Assembly (NCBI GenBank): GCA_963846495.1
Contig: CAWJWP010000021.1
Span: 77,185-141,184 of the forward strand
DNA length: 64,000 nt
Reading direction: 5' to 3'
Origin: Thermoanaerobaculia bacterium
GTDB taxonomy: Bacteria > Acidobacteriota > Thermoanaerobaculia > Multivoradales > JAIOJS01
Part shown: piece by piece, positions 27,655-44,422 of the stretch
Position numbering within the stretch: the first letter of the stretch is position 1
Layout of the letters: each line of letters opens with the position of its first letter
The notes under the pieces: generated by a model
What the model saw: the letters and a program-made list of their open reading frames with translations, nothing else
What the model was told of the DNA's origin: nothing
Databases searched by the model: none
Made by a program: the position numbers and the translations under genes

Positions 27655-27820
27655 GATTGTCTCCAGTAGATGAGGTGAGGTTTCGAGGCGCGAGCGCACG
27701 GAGACCGCGTTCGACGCAGCGGCGGTCCGCGCGCACGTCGGCGCATTCCGAGAGAGATTCGCCTGACCACTCGGCACGCCGGCCCGCTGCGGGGCGCGGC
27801 GGCAGCGAACTCTGGCGTGA

Positions 27821-30800
27821 TCAGCCTCCGAGGGCCTGGAACAGCGCCCAGGTGGCGGGAGAGCGAAGCGAGTCGTCGCCGCTGGCGAGCAGCGCGAGCT
27901 GGGCGCGGCGCAGCGCGATGGCTGGCTCGGCTCCGGCGCTGAGCTGCGCGTGGACGCGGGTCAGCAACTCGACGCTGCGGCGGTCGCCAATCGGCCACAG
28001 CGACGCCACCACGGTTGGCACCCCGGAGGCGAGGAAAGCTCGAGGCAGGCTCAAGCGCCCGGCTACGGAGGCCGCCAGTGGGTCTGGCGCTCCGCCGCAG
28101 GCTGCCAGCACCACGGTCCGCGTGCCGGCGAGGTCGAGCGAGCGAATTTCGTCGGCGCGCAAAACGCTGCCGTGGACGCTGTCGTGCGCATCGGCGAGCG
28201 CGAGGGCGGAGTGTGCTGGATAGGAGTCGTCGATCAGCGCGTGGGTCGCCAGGTGGACGATCGTGTGCTGGCCCACGGCGTTGACCAGGCTGTCGCGGGT
28301 CGCCTGCCGACCGACGACCAGCGTCGCCACCGGATAGAAACCGGCGACTCGCCGGGCTTCCATAGCCGCGCCGGGCAGCCGTTGCATGCCTTGGAACTGC
28401 CGGCCGTCCAGCTCGGGATCGCCAATGGCCAACACGTTCGGATCGTCACCGCTCAGCTCGCGCCAGCGCTGGCGCGCACGCAGATACGAAGCGACGCCCG
28501 GTGCGATTTCGACTTCCCGCTGCTCGATCAGGTATCCGCGGTCACCGATCAGCGCCGCGAAGGGTACGGCGTGAAGCTCCTTGTCGGGAACGATGACCAG
28601 CCGATGGGTGGCGGCGTCGATCTGCAACGGCTCGATGAGCACGCGGTACAACAGTTTCGCGGCCGCGGCCGTCCGCACGTTCCATTCGCGCGCTGCGAGG
28701 TCGGCATCGAGGACGGCGATAGCACCCGAGATACGAGAACGAGCCGCCGGTATCTCGACCACGCGCGCGCCGCGCTCGTCGAAGCGCCAGGCCAGCACGC
28801 GGCTTTCCAGCATCGCGAAAGAGACCAACGCCGTACCGCCGGCGAGGCCTTGGGCGACGCTTCCCACGCTCACCGCCCTGCCGGTGCCAAGGGGGCTCAG
28901 CTGCAACTCGCGATCTCTTCCGCGCTCGCTCCACGCGAAGGCGCTGTCCGGTCGCCGGCGGTCGAGCTCGATCCGGATCATTTCGTCGTAGAGCCCGCGG
29001 CCATCGTCGAGACGTGCGAGCCAGACGTCGTCTTCCGGCGCCAGCAGCGGCTGGCTCTCCAGTAACGCGATACCGCGACGCAGGTCGCGCTCCGCTGCGG
29101 CGAGATCTCCTCCGGCGCGATGAGCGCGAGCCCGTTGCAACAGCAGTCCCGGCAGGCGCGAGTCCGCCTTCAGCGAGGTAAAGACGTCGAGCGCACGCGA
29201 CAGCGCGGCCACGGCCAGCCGCGGCGTGGAGGCGATCGCGCCGCGGCTGGCGGCCAGCTCGGCGCCGAGTCGCCGCCGGACCGACGGATCCTCGAGTGAG
29301 CGGACGGCGAGGGCGGCGCGAGCCAGCTCCTGCTCGGCGGCGCTGCTACGACCCAGCTGCCGGTGCAGGCGAGCGCGCCAGAGCTGCAGCTCGGCGCGCT
29401 CGAACGGCTGCAGCGGTAGGTCTGCCTGCTCGATCTCGTCGAGCAGCGCCTCGGCGAGCCAGGGGCGGCCGCCGAGCAGGCTCGCAATCGCCGATCCGAT
29501 CAGAATGCCGTAACGACGCTTCGGATCCTGCAGCTTCGGCACCAGCTCCAAAGCCGCGGCTCGGTGCTGCCAGGCCCGACGGTGATCGCCGGCGTCGGCA
29601 TGCGCCTCGCTGAGCAGGTAATGCAACCAGGCAGTCGGCTCGGTCTCGCCCAACCGCTGGTGGAGCGAAAGCGCCGACGTGAAATGGCGGAGCGCCGCGG
29701 CGGCCCAACCGCGATTCGTCGCGATCAGCCCGCGAATCCAGGCGATGCGCGCCTGCGTGGCGAGATCGGCGCCGGTCATCCTCTCGCGAGCGTCGAACGC
29801 TACGAGCGTGGCATCCGTGGCACCCGTCTCCGCAAAGTCACAGACGAGCAGCTCCACCTCGGCGCGGCGCTTGCCGACGCTGGTCGCCGGGAACGACGCC
29901 AACGCATGGCGGAGCTCGCGGCGCGCCGTCGCCACTTGATAGGCAGAGAGTGCCGTCTCGCCAGCGGCGAGGGCGCGATGCGCGACGGCGAGCCGTCGGG
30001 CGGTCTCACCGGTTGCCGAGGCAACCTCGACAACCTGATCGCGAAGCCGGTGATCGTGAGTCTGTGCGGAGTAGTGACGCGCGATTGCTGCGGCGGTGGC
30101 AAGTGGGGCTCGACTCTCTTCGACCGACGCCGTCAACAGTGCTTCGGCCCAAGCGGGGAGCAGTGTCAGCTCGACTAGCCGCCGCGCGGTGAAGCGATGC
30201 TCCGCGACCAGAGGTCCCAGACTGCGGTCATCTTGGGCCGCGTGCCTCCGCAGTGCGTCCGTCGCATCGACGTGTGCCTGCGCTTTGCCGTCCAAGAGCT
30301 CGGCCAGGTGCCGACGCCCTTCCGCCGCCCAGTCGCGATCGGTCTCGGCGGCGAGGTAATCCTCCCAGGCCCGTCGCGCTTGCCCGCCGAGATGGAGGCC
30401 TTGCAGAGCGAGCGCGCGGTTGAATCGTGCTTCGAGGAGGCCAGGTTCGGAGGCCAGCGCTGCGGACGCCGTCTCGACGGCTGCGGCGAGGTCGGCGGTC
30501 TGTTCTTGCCGTTGGGATCGTGCGATGTAGGCGGCGGCGAGATCGCTCTGCAAGCGAGGCTCGGAGGGCTCGGCGGCGAGCGCCCGCGCCAGCGTGATCA
30601 GCGCCGAGTCGACGTCGCCGGTGAGAAGGTGCGCATCTGCCAACGCCCCCAGGCGCTCCGCAGTCGGCGAATCGGCTGCCACACGACGGACCTTGGCCGC
30701 AGCTTCGTAGTACTCCCAGGGCACCGGTGGCGAAGGCGGCGACGTAAGCGCGCGTGTGGTCTCCACTGAGCCCGTCCAGCGAAAGCCGCCGGTGAGCCGC

Positions 30801-31183
30801 GGCAGCATGGGCCTGCCCTGCGCCGTAGCGGCGATCAACGGCGCGCGGGGGTCGCTCCGCCAAGGCGGCCAGGCGTCTCCAACCAACCCGCTCCGGGTCG
30901 CCGACCCGCTTTGTATCGCGAGCCACAGAGTCCCACCTGTAAGCATGGCCAGCGCTGCCGCTGCTGCCCAGCGACGAGGCGCGCCGCGCTCCTGATTCCC
31001 GTTGCTGTCGTCTTCGGCCTCGCTCGCGGCGATGCCGACACCCTGGAAGCGGATCGCCTCCGCCAGCGCCGTGCCGCAGGCGTCGCAGCCCGCCACGTGC
31101 TCTTCCAGGCGGTCTCGTTGTTCGGGGAAAAGCTGGCCGTCGAGGTAGGCGGCCAGCGTCTCGGCGTCAGGGCAGCCGGCCAC
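27821..31183 (-). CDS. zf-HC2 anti-sigma / TM / TPR / CHAT (caspase-like) domain protein
   Basis: CPDAETLAAYLDG...EEHVAGCDAC; TM helix; EARFNRALAL TPRs; LVIVPD.ELH.VPFAAL, LPGA..EA, HLATHA, VVLAAC, VVASLW.I.D, SPATWA. Confidence 0.9.
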   Translation of the reverse strand: MAGCPDAETLAAYLDGQLFPEQRDRLEEHVAGCDACGTALAEAIRFQGVGIAASEAEDDSNGNQERGAPRRWAAAAALAMLTGGTLWLAIQSGSATRSGLVGDAWPPWRSDPRAPLIAATAQGRPMLPRLTGGFRWTGSVETTRALTSPPSPPVPWEYYEAAAKVRRVAADSPTAERLGALADAHLLTGDVDSALITLARALAAEPSEPRLQSDLAAAYIARSQRQEQTADLAAAVETASAALASEPGLLEARFNRALALQGLHLGGQARRAWEDYLAAETDRDWAAEGRRHLAELLDGKAQAHVDATDALRRHAAQDDRSLGPLVAEHRFTARRLVELTLLPAWAEALLTASVEESRAPLATAAAIARHYSAQTHDHRLRDQVVEVASATGETARRLAVAHRALAAGETALSAYQVATARRELRHALASFPATSVGKRRAEVELLVCDFAETGATDATLVAFDARERMTGADLATQARIAWIRGLIATNRGWAAAALRHFTSALSLHQRLGETEPTAWLHYLLSEAHADAGDHRRAWQHRAAALELVPKLQDPKRRYGILIGSAIASLLGGRPWLAEALLDEIEQADLPLQPFERAELQLWRARLHRQLGRSSAAEQELARAALAVRSLEDPSVRRRLGAELAASRGAIASTPRLAVAALSRALDVFTSLKADSRLPGLLLQRARAHRAGGDLAAAERDLRRGIALLESQPLLAPEDDVWLARLDDGRGLYDEMIRIELDRRRPDSAFAWSERGRDRELQLSPLGTGRAVSVGSVAQGLAGGTALVSFAMLESRVLAWRFDERGARVVEIPAARSRISGAIAVLDADLAAREWNVRTAAAAKLLYRVLIEPLQIDAATHRLVIVPDKELHAVPFAALIGDRGYLIEQREVEIAPGVASYLRARQRWRELSGDDPNVLAIGDPELDGRQFQGMQRLPGAAMEARRVAGFYPVATLVVGRQATRDSLVNAVGQHTIVHLATHALIDDSYPAHSALALADAHDSVHGSVLRADEIRSLDLAGTRTVVLAACGGAPDPLAASVAGRLSLPRAFLASGVPTVVASLWPIGDRRSVELLTRVHAQLSAGAEPAIALRRAQLALLASGDDSLRSPATWALFQALGG

Positions 31184-31200
31184 GAGCGGTCCGGACCCGG

Positions 31201-32058
31201 TCAGCGCTGGCGCTGGTGGTCGTGGTCTGCATCGCCCTGCTTAGACGGACGCGCCTGCTCGTTTTCCCCCGCCGTGGCAAGGCCGAAATCGAGCGTCGGG
31301 CCGCGCTGCAGAAGCCGGGAGACGTCATGCCGCTCCAGTCCCGCCTCACGCAGGTCCCGTCGGACCGATTTGAGGACGCTGGTGAGCCGCTTGTACAGCG
31401 CCTTCTGGGGCACGGCCATCCCGCGCGCCACCTCCGCGACCGACAGGCCGTCGCCGAAGTGGAGTCGCAGGAGGAGGCGGTCCTGTGCCCGCAACCGCCG
31501 CAGGCTGGCGCCAATGGCCTTGGTCACCGTCTCCTCGTCCGAGCGCTGGACGGCCGCCTCCTCCGGGGTGGGCGCCGGTGCCGGCCCGGCCACCTCGTCG
31601 CCGCCCAGCGACTCCGCGCGCGGCCGCCCTGGCCGCGGCGGGATCGCGTCGCGCAGCCGCGTGAGCTCGGGCAGGCTCGCACCGCGCCGGGTGCCGAGGA
31701 CCTGGCAGGCCTCCGCGAAGGTCAAGCCTTCGCGGTAGAGAAGCTCCTCGAGGGCCGACGCCAACGGGCCGAGCCGCACGGCGGCGGCGGAGGCGCGCCA
31801 TTTGCCCCACAGCTGGTTGCAGTAGTCGTGGAAGAGGCGCTGCACGACCACGGTGAGGTAGGTCTTGAGCGTGCTGTGCTGGCGCCACTGGCGGAGGATG
31901 AGGTAGTCGTCCTCGACGAGCCGCAGCCGCACGAAGGACTCGAGCTCGTCGGTGTGCTCGGCGTTGAGCCGATAGCGGCGGGCGAGGAAGCCCACCAGCT
32001 CGCGCAGGAGCACCAAGTTCCCGAGCAGCAGCTCGCGCGGGCTCGACTCCGAGGACAC
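31201..32058 (-). CDS. ECF-type sigma-70 factor (long variant with an inserted HTH) paired with the CHAT protein
   Basis: GGAGG RBS before GTG at 32058; LVEDDY.ILRQW..STLKTYLTVVVQRLFHDY...GKWRAS; L..QDRLLLRLHFGDGLSVAEVAR. Confidence 0.85.
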   Translation of the reverse strand: MSSESSPRELLLGNLVLLRELVGFLARRYRLNAEHTDELESFVRLRLVEDDYLILRQWRQHSTLKTYLTVVVQRLFHDYCNQLWGKWRASAAAVRLGPLASALEELLYREGLTFAEACQVLGTRRGASLPELTRLRDAIPPRPGRPRAESLGGDEVAGPAPAPTPEEAAVQRSDEETVTKAIGASLRRLRAQDRLLLRLHFGDGLSVAEVARGMAVPQKALYKRLTSVLKSVRRDLREAGLERHDVSRLLQRGPTLDFGLATAGENEQARPSKQGDADHDHQRQR

Positions 32059-32285
32059 GGCACCTCCCGGCACCCTAATCCCTCCCGCACACGCGGGTTG
32101 GATGAAGAAGATTTGGCCGGATTGTAGTGGAGAAGCGGCCTGCCGTCGACCGCGGCGACGACGCCTGCTGTGAACCGTCACACTGCGTCATAGCGCGGAG
32201 CGGCGGAGGATCGCGTCGAGGCAGCATCGAGCCGCGTCGCGAGCGGCGAATTTGGCTTCTCGCGGCCGTCTAAGCGGGGGACGTG

Positions 32286-33848
<1,563 letters not shown>

Positions 33849-33859
33849 CGGCCGCGCCG

Positions 33860-37113
<3,254 letters not shown>

Positions 37114-37121
<8 letters not shown>

Positions 37122-38655
37122 AAATACCGTCAGCGAACCATTCGCCGCTCTTGCGCTCGCGGTATAAGCGATAGGTGCCGCCGTCGGAGAGCTCGACGTC
37201 CCAGTACTCGCGCTCGCCGGCGCTCTCCGTCCACCAGGCGTCTTCAACGACCCACGGGCCCGAGGCCTGCCGCGCCGCTCCCGCGATGCGCGGTCCTGGC
37301 GACTCGCGCGGCGGCGTGCCGACGCTCGACGGCACCTCGACCTCGCTCGGCCCGTGCATCGCCGTCAGCACCTCGACGGGGATCGGCGGCCGCAGCATGC
37401 GGACGACGAGCGGCCGGCGCTCGTCGCTCGCCTCAGCCGTCGGCGCGACGGTCATCCGCGGCGGCGGTGGCGGCGCGAACTCGCGCAGGGCGTAGCGCTC
37501 CGGCAGGTGTCCCGGCGGAACGTGCGGCGAGCCCACTCGCTCCGGCCCGACCAGCGCGGCGAGCTGCCCGAGGGTGGTGGCGAGGCGGTCGCTCGACAAC
37601 TGCGCCGGCCCCGTCAACGAGAGCTGGACCTGGCGCGTGCGCGCGGGCCAGACGGTGAAAGCGAAGCCGAGGACCGGCGCCCCCGGCGGCCGCGCCGCCA
37701 GCTCGAGACGGATCAGCGTCAGCAGCGTCTTGACGTCGCGCGTCGGCGCCGGCAGCGCCAGCGTGCGCTCGCAGTAGCCGTCGGGCTCGAGCTTGAGCGA
37801 CAGCCCGAGCCGCGTGCACCCCTGACCGCGCGTCTCCAGCCGTTGCGCCAGCCGCTCCAGCGCCGTGCGCGCGACGAAGAGGAGCGGCTCGACGTTGGTG
37901 ACCGCCCACTCGAAGTCCATTCCCTCGTGGAGCTCGGTGGGCGGTGGGCGCGGCACGAGCGGCTGCGAGTCGTGCCCGCGCGCCGCTGCGTGGAGCTCGT
38001 GCCCTTCGGCGCCGAGGCGGCTCGCCACCTCATGCGCCGGGAGGCGGGCGAAGTCGCCGACGGTCGTGAGCCCCCAGCGCGCGAGGAGCGACGCCAGCGC
38101 CGGCTCGGGCTCGATTCGCGCCAGCGGCAACGGCGCGAGGAAGCTCGCTTCCGCGCCGGTCGCCACCACGGTGGGTGAGGGGAGCGAGACTGCGGCGACG
38201 CGGGCCGCGAGCTTGGTGGCGGCGATCCCCACCTGCGCGTGGAGCCCGGTGCGCCGGGCGGCGGCGATCAGCGCGCGCCCCCAGTCGCGTTCCGGCTCCG
38301 CGCCGGGGAAGTGGCGCTCGGCGTTCCACATCTCGACGTAGGCGACACCCTCGCCGGCGTCCTCGATGCGCGGCGAGAAGCGCGCCGCCACTTCGAGCAG
38401 CGTCTCCTGCGCCGCCCGTTCGCACTCGGCGTCGCGCAGGCGAGTCACCACGGACGGCAGGAACGAGCGCGCCTGCGGCAGGGTGAGCCCGGGCCCGAGG
38501 CCGGCCCGCCGTGCCGCGCGCGTGGCGGTGACGACGTAGGCGACCTCGCCGTTCTTCTCCAGCACCACCAGCGGCTCCTCGCGCAGCTCCGGTTCCTGGC
38601 GCAGCCGGGCGGCGAGCGGGAAGAGCGGGATCGACAAGCAGGCGATGCGGCTCAT
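37114..38655 (-). CDS. imuB: Y-family polymerase-like ImuB
   Basis: GL.PGLTL.QAR, FSPRIED, FLAPLPL, SGPW.VEDAWW...REYWDVELSDG..YRLY...WFADGIYD; lies between imuA and dnaE2. Confidence 0.9.
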
Positions 38656-38665
38656 CGGCGGCGGC

Positions 38666-39400
38666 TCACTGGCGAACTTGCAAGGAGAGCCGCTCCCTTC
38701 GCGGCGCACCGGAGGGCGCCTGCGACCGCGACTTCTCCACACAGACGCTGACGTCGAGCCCCGCGAGGAGCCGCGACGGGCCCGCGCTGCCCTGCCATTG
38801 CGCCCGCTCCTTGCGGGCGTCGAGGACGACGCCGGCCGCGGTGCCGCTCGCCCGGTACGGGCTGGCGAGCAGGAACGCCGCCCGGCGGTCGCGCGCCGCA
38901 CGGGCCAGCCGCACCCATGCCCCTTCCTTGCCGCGGCCGCCCGGCACCGGCGGCGAGCCGAGGTCGACCACCACCAGCGGGATGCCGCAGGCGAGCAGCC
39001 GCTCGGCCGCGTCCTGCGCCCGCCGTACGTCCTGCGGCAGCACCCAGAGCAGCCGCTCCGGGTCGCCGCCGCAGCGGCGCACGGTCTCCGTTTCGAGGTG
39101 GCCGCCGAGGTCGACGAGCGCCGCCGGCTCGCCGAGCGCCGTCGTGCGCGCCAGCAACCGGAGGACGAGCGAGAACCGTCCGCTCGACAGCCCGCCGACG
39201 AGCTCGGTCAGCACCCCGCGCTCGAGCCCGCCGGCGAGGAGGCGGTCGAGCTCCGGCCAGCCACTCGGCAGCGGCGGCTCGCGATGTCGCTGTTCCGGCG
39301 TGCGGATCAGCTCGCGGGCGCTCTGGATCCGCCCCGCCAGGTTGGCCGGGAGGGCCTCGCGCAGCACCTCGAGATCGGGTTTGAGCCTGGGCAGCGCCAT
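38666..39400 (-). CDS. imuA: RecA-like ImuA protein
   Basis: LPSGWPELDRLLAGGLERGVLTELVG..SSGRFS degenerate Walker A, ALVD, ERLLWV, LVVVD; first gene of the cassette. Confidence 0.82.
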   Translation of the reverse strand: MALPRLKPDLEVLREALPANLAGRIQSARELIRTPEQRHREPPLPSGWPELDRLLAGGLERGVLTELVGGLSSGRFSLVLRLLARTTALGEPAALVDLGGHLETETVRRCGGDPERLLWVLPQDVRRAQDAAERLLACGIPLVVVDLGSPPVPGGRGKEGAWVRLARAARDRRAAFLLASPYRASGTAAGVVLDARKERAQWQGSAGPSRLLAGLDVSVCVEKSRSQAPSGAPRRERLSLQVRQ

Positions 39401-39438
39401 CGTCGTTCCCTTCGGGCAGCTCGCAGCGAAGGGGAGAT

Positions 39439-39477
39439 CGAGTGTAGCGTAAGAAAGGCGTAAATAAATAACACTCG
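39439..39477 (-). promoter_or_regulatory. imuA promoter with candidate SOS/LexA operator
   Basis: Minus-strand TACACT -10 box (39441-39446) preceded by TTACGC-N5-TTACGC (39447-39463), flanked by the inverted repeat CGAGTGT/ACACTCG. Confidence 0.5.
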
Positions 39478-39563
39478 GCTCGCGGGGTGACCGCCAACCT
39501 CCAAGCTTCTCGTCGAGGGACACGGGACGCCTTGGCGTGCGCGTAGACTGCTCCCGGTTCGTC

Positions 39564-42230
<2,667 letters not shown>

Positions 42231-42275
42231 GGACGGTGCGCCGGGCGCACCCTGCGGCGCCGTTGTTCGTCGCCG

Positions 42276-43337
42276 TCAGCGCGCCAGCCGCGGCGGCGGC
42301 ACGTCGAGGATGGTGAGCAGCCCCGGCGGCGCCTCCACCACCTGCCGCACCGAGTTGACGACGATCGCCGCCGTCGCCGAGTCGCCGAAGATGCCGCCCT
42401 CGAAGAGCAGGTGTACGGGCGGATCGCCGGAGAGGAAGATCTCGTCGCGCGGGTCGGGAGCGCCGACGTACATTTGCAGATCGAGCTCGACCACCGTCTG
42501 CCCGCCGCGCCGCCCGAAGCCGCGGTTGCGGATGCCGGCCACGGCGCCGGCGGGGATGACGAGGAAGGGCGTGCGCCGCTCCTCGGTGGCGATCACCGGC
42601 TCCACCGTCTGCTCGACCTCGTCGAGGTCGAGGCCGAGCGCGCGCCCGACGAGGGCGACCGACTCGCGCATGCCGATGTGGCCGAGCTTGCCGGCTGCCG
42701 CCTTGGCCTCGAAGTCCTCCCGCGTCATGCCGGCGCCGACCTTCTGCTGCAGCGGCAGGCGGCGGCGGCCGGCGTCGACGACGCGGATGCCGTGCACGCG
42801 CTCGACCTCGTAGGCGACGGCGGAGGCGACGACGGGGATGAAGTCGAGCACGAAGCCGGGGTTGACGCCGGTGCCGAGGATCGTGGCGCCGCCGGCGCGC
42901 GCCGCGGCGTCGATCTCGGCCGCGAGCTCGGGATGTTGCAGCGACGGGAAGAGCAGCTCTTCGCAGGAGGAGACGACGTCGACGCCCGCGCGGCAGCAGC
43001 GCAGCAGGTCCTCACGCACCGCCGGCATGAAGGAGGAGGTGCAGAGCAGCACGACGTCGGGGTCGAGGCGGGCGAGCGCCTGCTCGAGGTCGCTCTCGAC
43101 GGCGACGCCGGCCGCCTCGGGAAGCCCGAGCACTTCGCCGAGGTCCTTGCCCTGCTTGGCGGGGTCGAGGTCGACGGCGCCGACGACCTGCAGCGAGCGC
43201 CGCGACAGCGCCAGCCGCGTCGTCGCCACGCCGATGGGCCCGAGGCCGACGGCCACCGCGCGCAGCGGCGCTTGCGCCGCCTCGGCCGCGAGGGCGACTC
43301 CCGCGGCAGGAGTAGGGACGCGATCCGGCTCAGCCAT
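42276..43337 (-). CDS. NAD(P)-dependent amine dehydrogenase (2,4-diaminopentanoate dehydrogenase / DapB-like family)
   Basis: GLGPIG Rossmann motif, VVSSCEEL, LGTGVNPGFVLD, RRLPLQQKVG, GIFGDSATAA...PGL. Confidence 0.8.
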   Translation of the reverse strand: MAEPDRVPTPAAGVALAAEAAQAPLRAVAVGLGPIGVATTRLALSRRSLQVVGAVDLDPAKQGKDLGEVLGLPEAAGVAVESDLEQALARLDPDVVLLCTSSFMPAVREDLLRCCRAGVDVVSSCEELLFPSLQHPELAAEIDAAARAGGATILGTGVNPGFVLDFIPVVASAVAYEVERVHGIRVVDAGRRRLPLQQKVGAGMTREDFEAKAAAGKLGHIGMRESVALVGRALGLDLDEVEQTVEPVIATEERRTPFLVIPAGAVAGIRNRGFGRRGGQTVVELDLQMYVGAPDPRDEIFLSGDPPVHLLFEGGIFGDSATAAIVVNSVRQVVEAPPGLLTILDVPPPRLAR

Positions 43338-44307
43338 TCCCGATTGCCTCCGCTGCCGTCGCCGGCTCTGCTGCCGCCGCGGTCTCCGGCACCTGCCATC
43401 CCGCGGCTGTCGCCGCCCCGCGCGAAACACGGGCCGCGCGCGGCACCAGGTCGGCGACGACGCCGAGGTGGTCCGACACCGGGTTGGGCAGCGTGCGATA
43501 GCCGGCGAACTCGAGGTCGCCGGAGATCAAGATCCAGTCGAGGCGCCGCCAGGGCCGGCGCGACGGGTAGGTGGGGGCGCGCCGGTGCGGCTGGTAGGCG
43601 CGCAGCCCGAGCTCGCGGGCGAGCGGGCGCAGCTGCCGCGTCTCGTCTGACCAGGAGCAGTTGAAGTCGCCGAGCACGACGAGCGGCCGCCGCCGTCCGC
43701 CGTCGCCGTGGCGCTCCGCCAGCGCATCGGTGAGCTGGCGCACCTGCGTGCGGCGGACCACCGGGTTGAAGGGCTCGAGGTGGAGCGAAACGACGTCGAG
43801 CTCGAGCCCCTCCCACGCCGGTATCGGTACCGTCGCCAGCACGAACCCCTTGGTGTCGCGCCAGGAAGTGCCGAAGCGCAGCGAACGCGTCGATTGCATC
43901 GGGAACCGGCTGATCAGCGCCGTCCCCGAGGCCAGTGCGGCGCGGCGCCCGAGATTGAAGGCGTTGTGCTCGCCGCGGAAGTAGCAGCTGTGGTCGCAGA
44001 GCCGCGTCAAGGTCTCGACGTGGTCGAAGTTGCCGCTCCACGCCGAGGGGCCGTCGGCTTCCTGCAGCGCCATGACGTCGGCGCGCGACTCACGCAGCAC
44101 CTCGGCGATCTCCTCGAGGTTGCGCTGCACGGTCAACGGGCTCAGCAGCGCCTGGTGGGTGGCGAGCTTGCGGCCGTGCGCCACGTTCAAGGTGAGCAGC
44201 CGGATCGCGTGCCCGTGACCGCCGGGTGCCGGATCGATGGGGAGGCGCCGACGCCAGCGGGAGCCGCCCTGGCGGAGCGGCTCGGCCAGCCAGCGCGGCG
44301 CGACCAT
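43330..44307 (-). CDS. Endonuclease/exonuclease/phosphatase family protein
   Basis: LTLNVAHG, ALQEAD, LHL, VLGDFN, PTYPS..P.RRLDWI, SDHL. Start uncertain. Confidence 0.9.
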   Translation of the reverse strand: MVAPRWLAEPLRQGGSRWRRRLPIDPAPGGHGHAIRLLTLNVAHGRKLATHQALLSPLTVQRNLEEIAEVLRESRADVMALQEADGPSAWSGNFDHVETLTRLCDHSCYFRGEHNAFNLGRRAALASGTALISRFPMQSTRSLRFGTSWRDTKGFVLATVPIPAWEGLELDVVSLHLEPFNPVVRRTQVRQLTDALAERHGDGGRRRPLVVLGDFNCSWSDETRQLRPLARELGLRAYQPHRRAPTYPSRRPWRRLDWILISGDLEFAGYRTLPNPVSDHLGVVADLVPRAARVSRGAATAAGWQVPETAAAAEPATAAEAIGNG

Positions 44308-44422
44308 TCTCAACGTCGAACGCACCGGGCGTCTATTCTCCAACAGCGTCCCTCCGCGGCCAAACCCTCGTCCCAGTGGGGCTTGCGCGCGGCGGCTGGA
44401 GGAGCAAGGGGCATGCCTCGCC

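Noticed and set aside
32169-32182. TGTGA-ACCG-TCACA palindrome between the sigma and kinase genes (CRP site?)
   Set aside because: The spacer is 4 nt, not the 6 nt of CRP/FNR sites; single occurrence, regulator unassignable.
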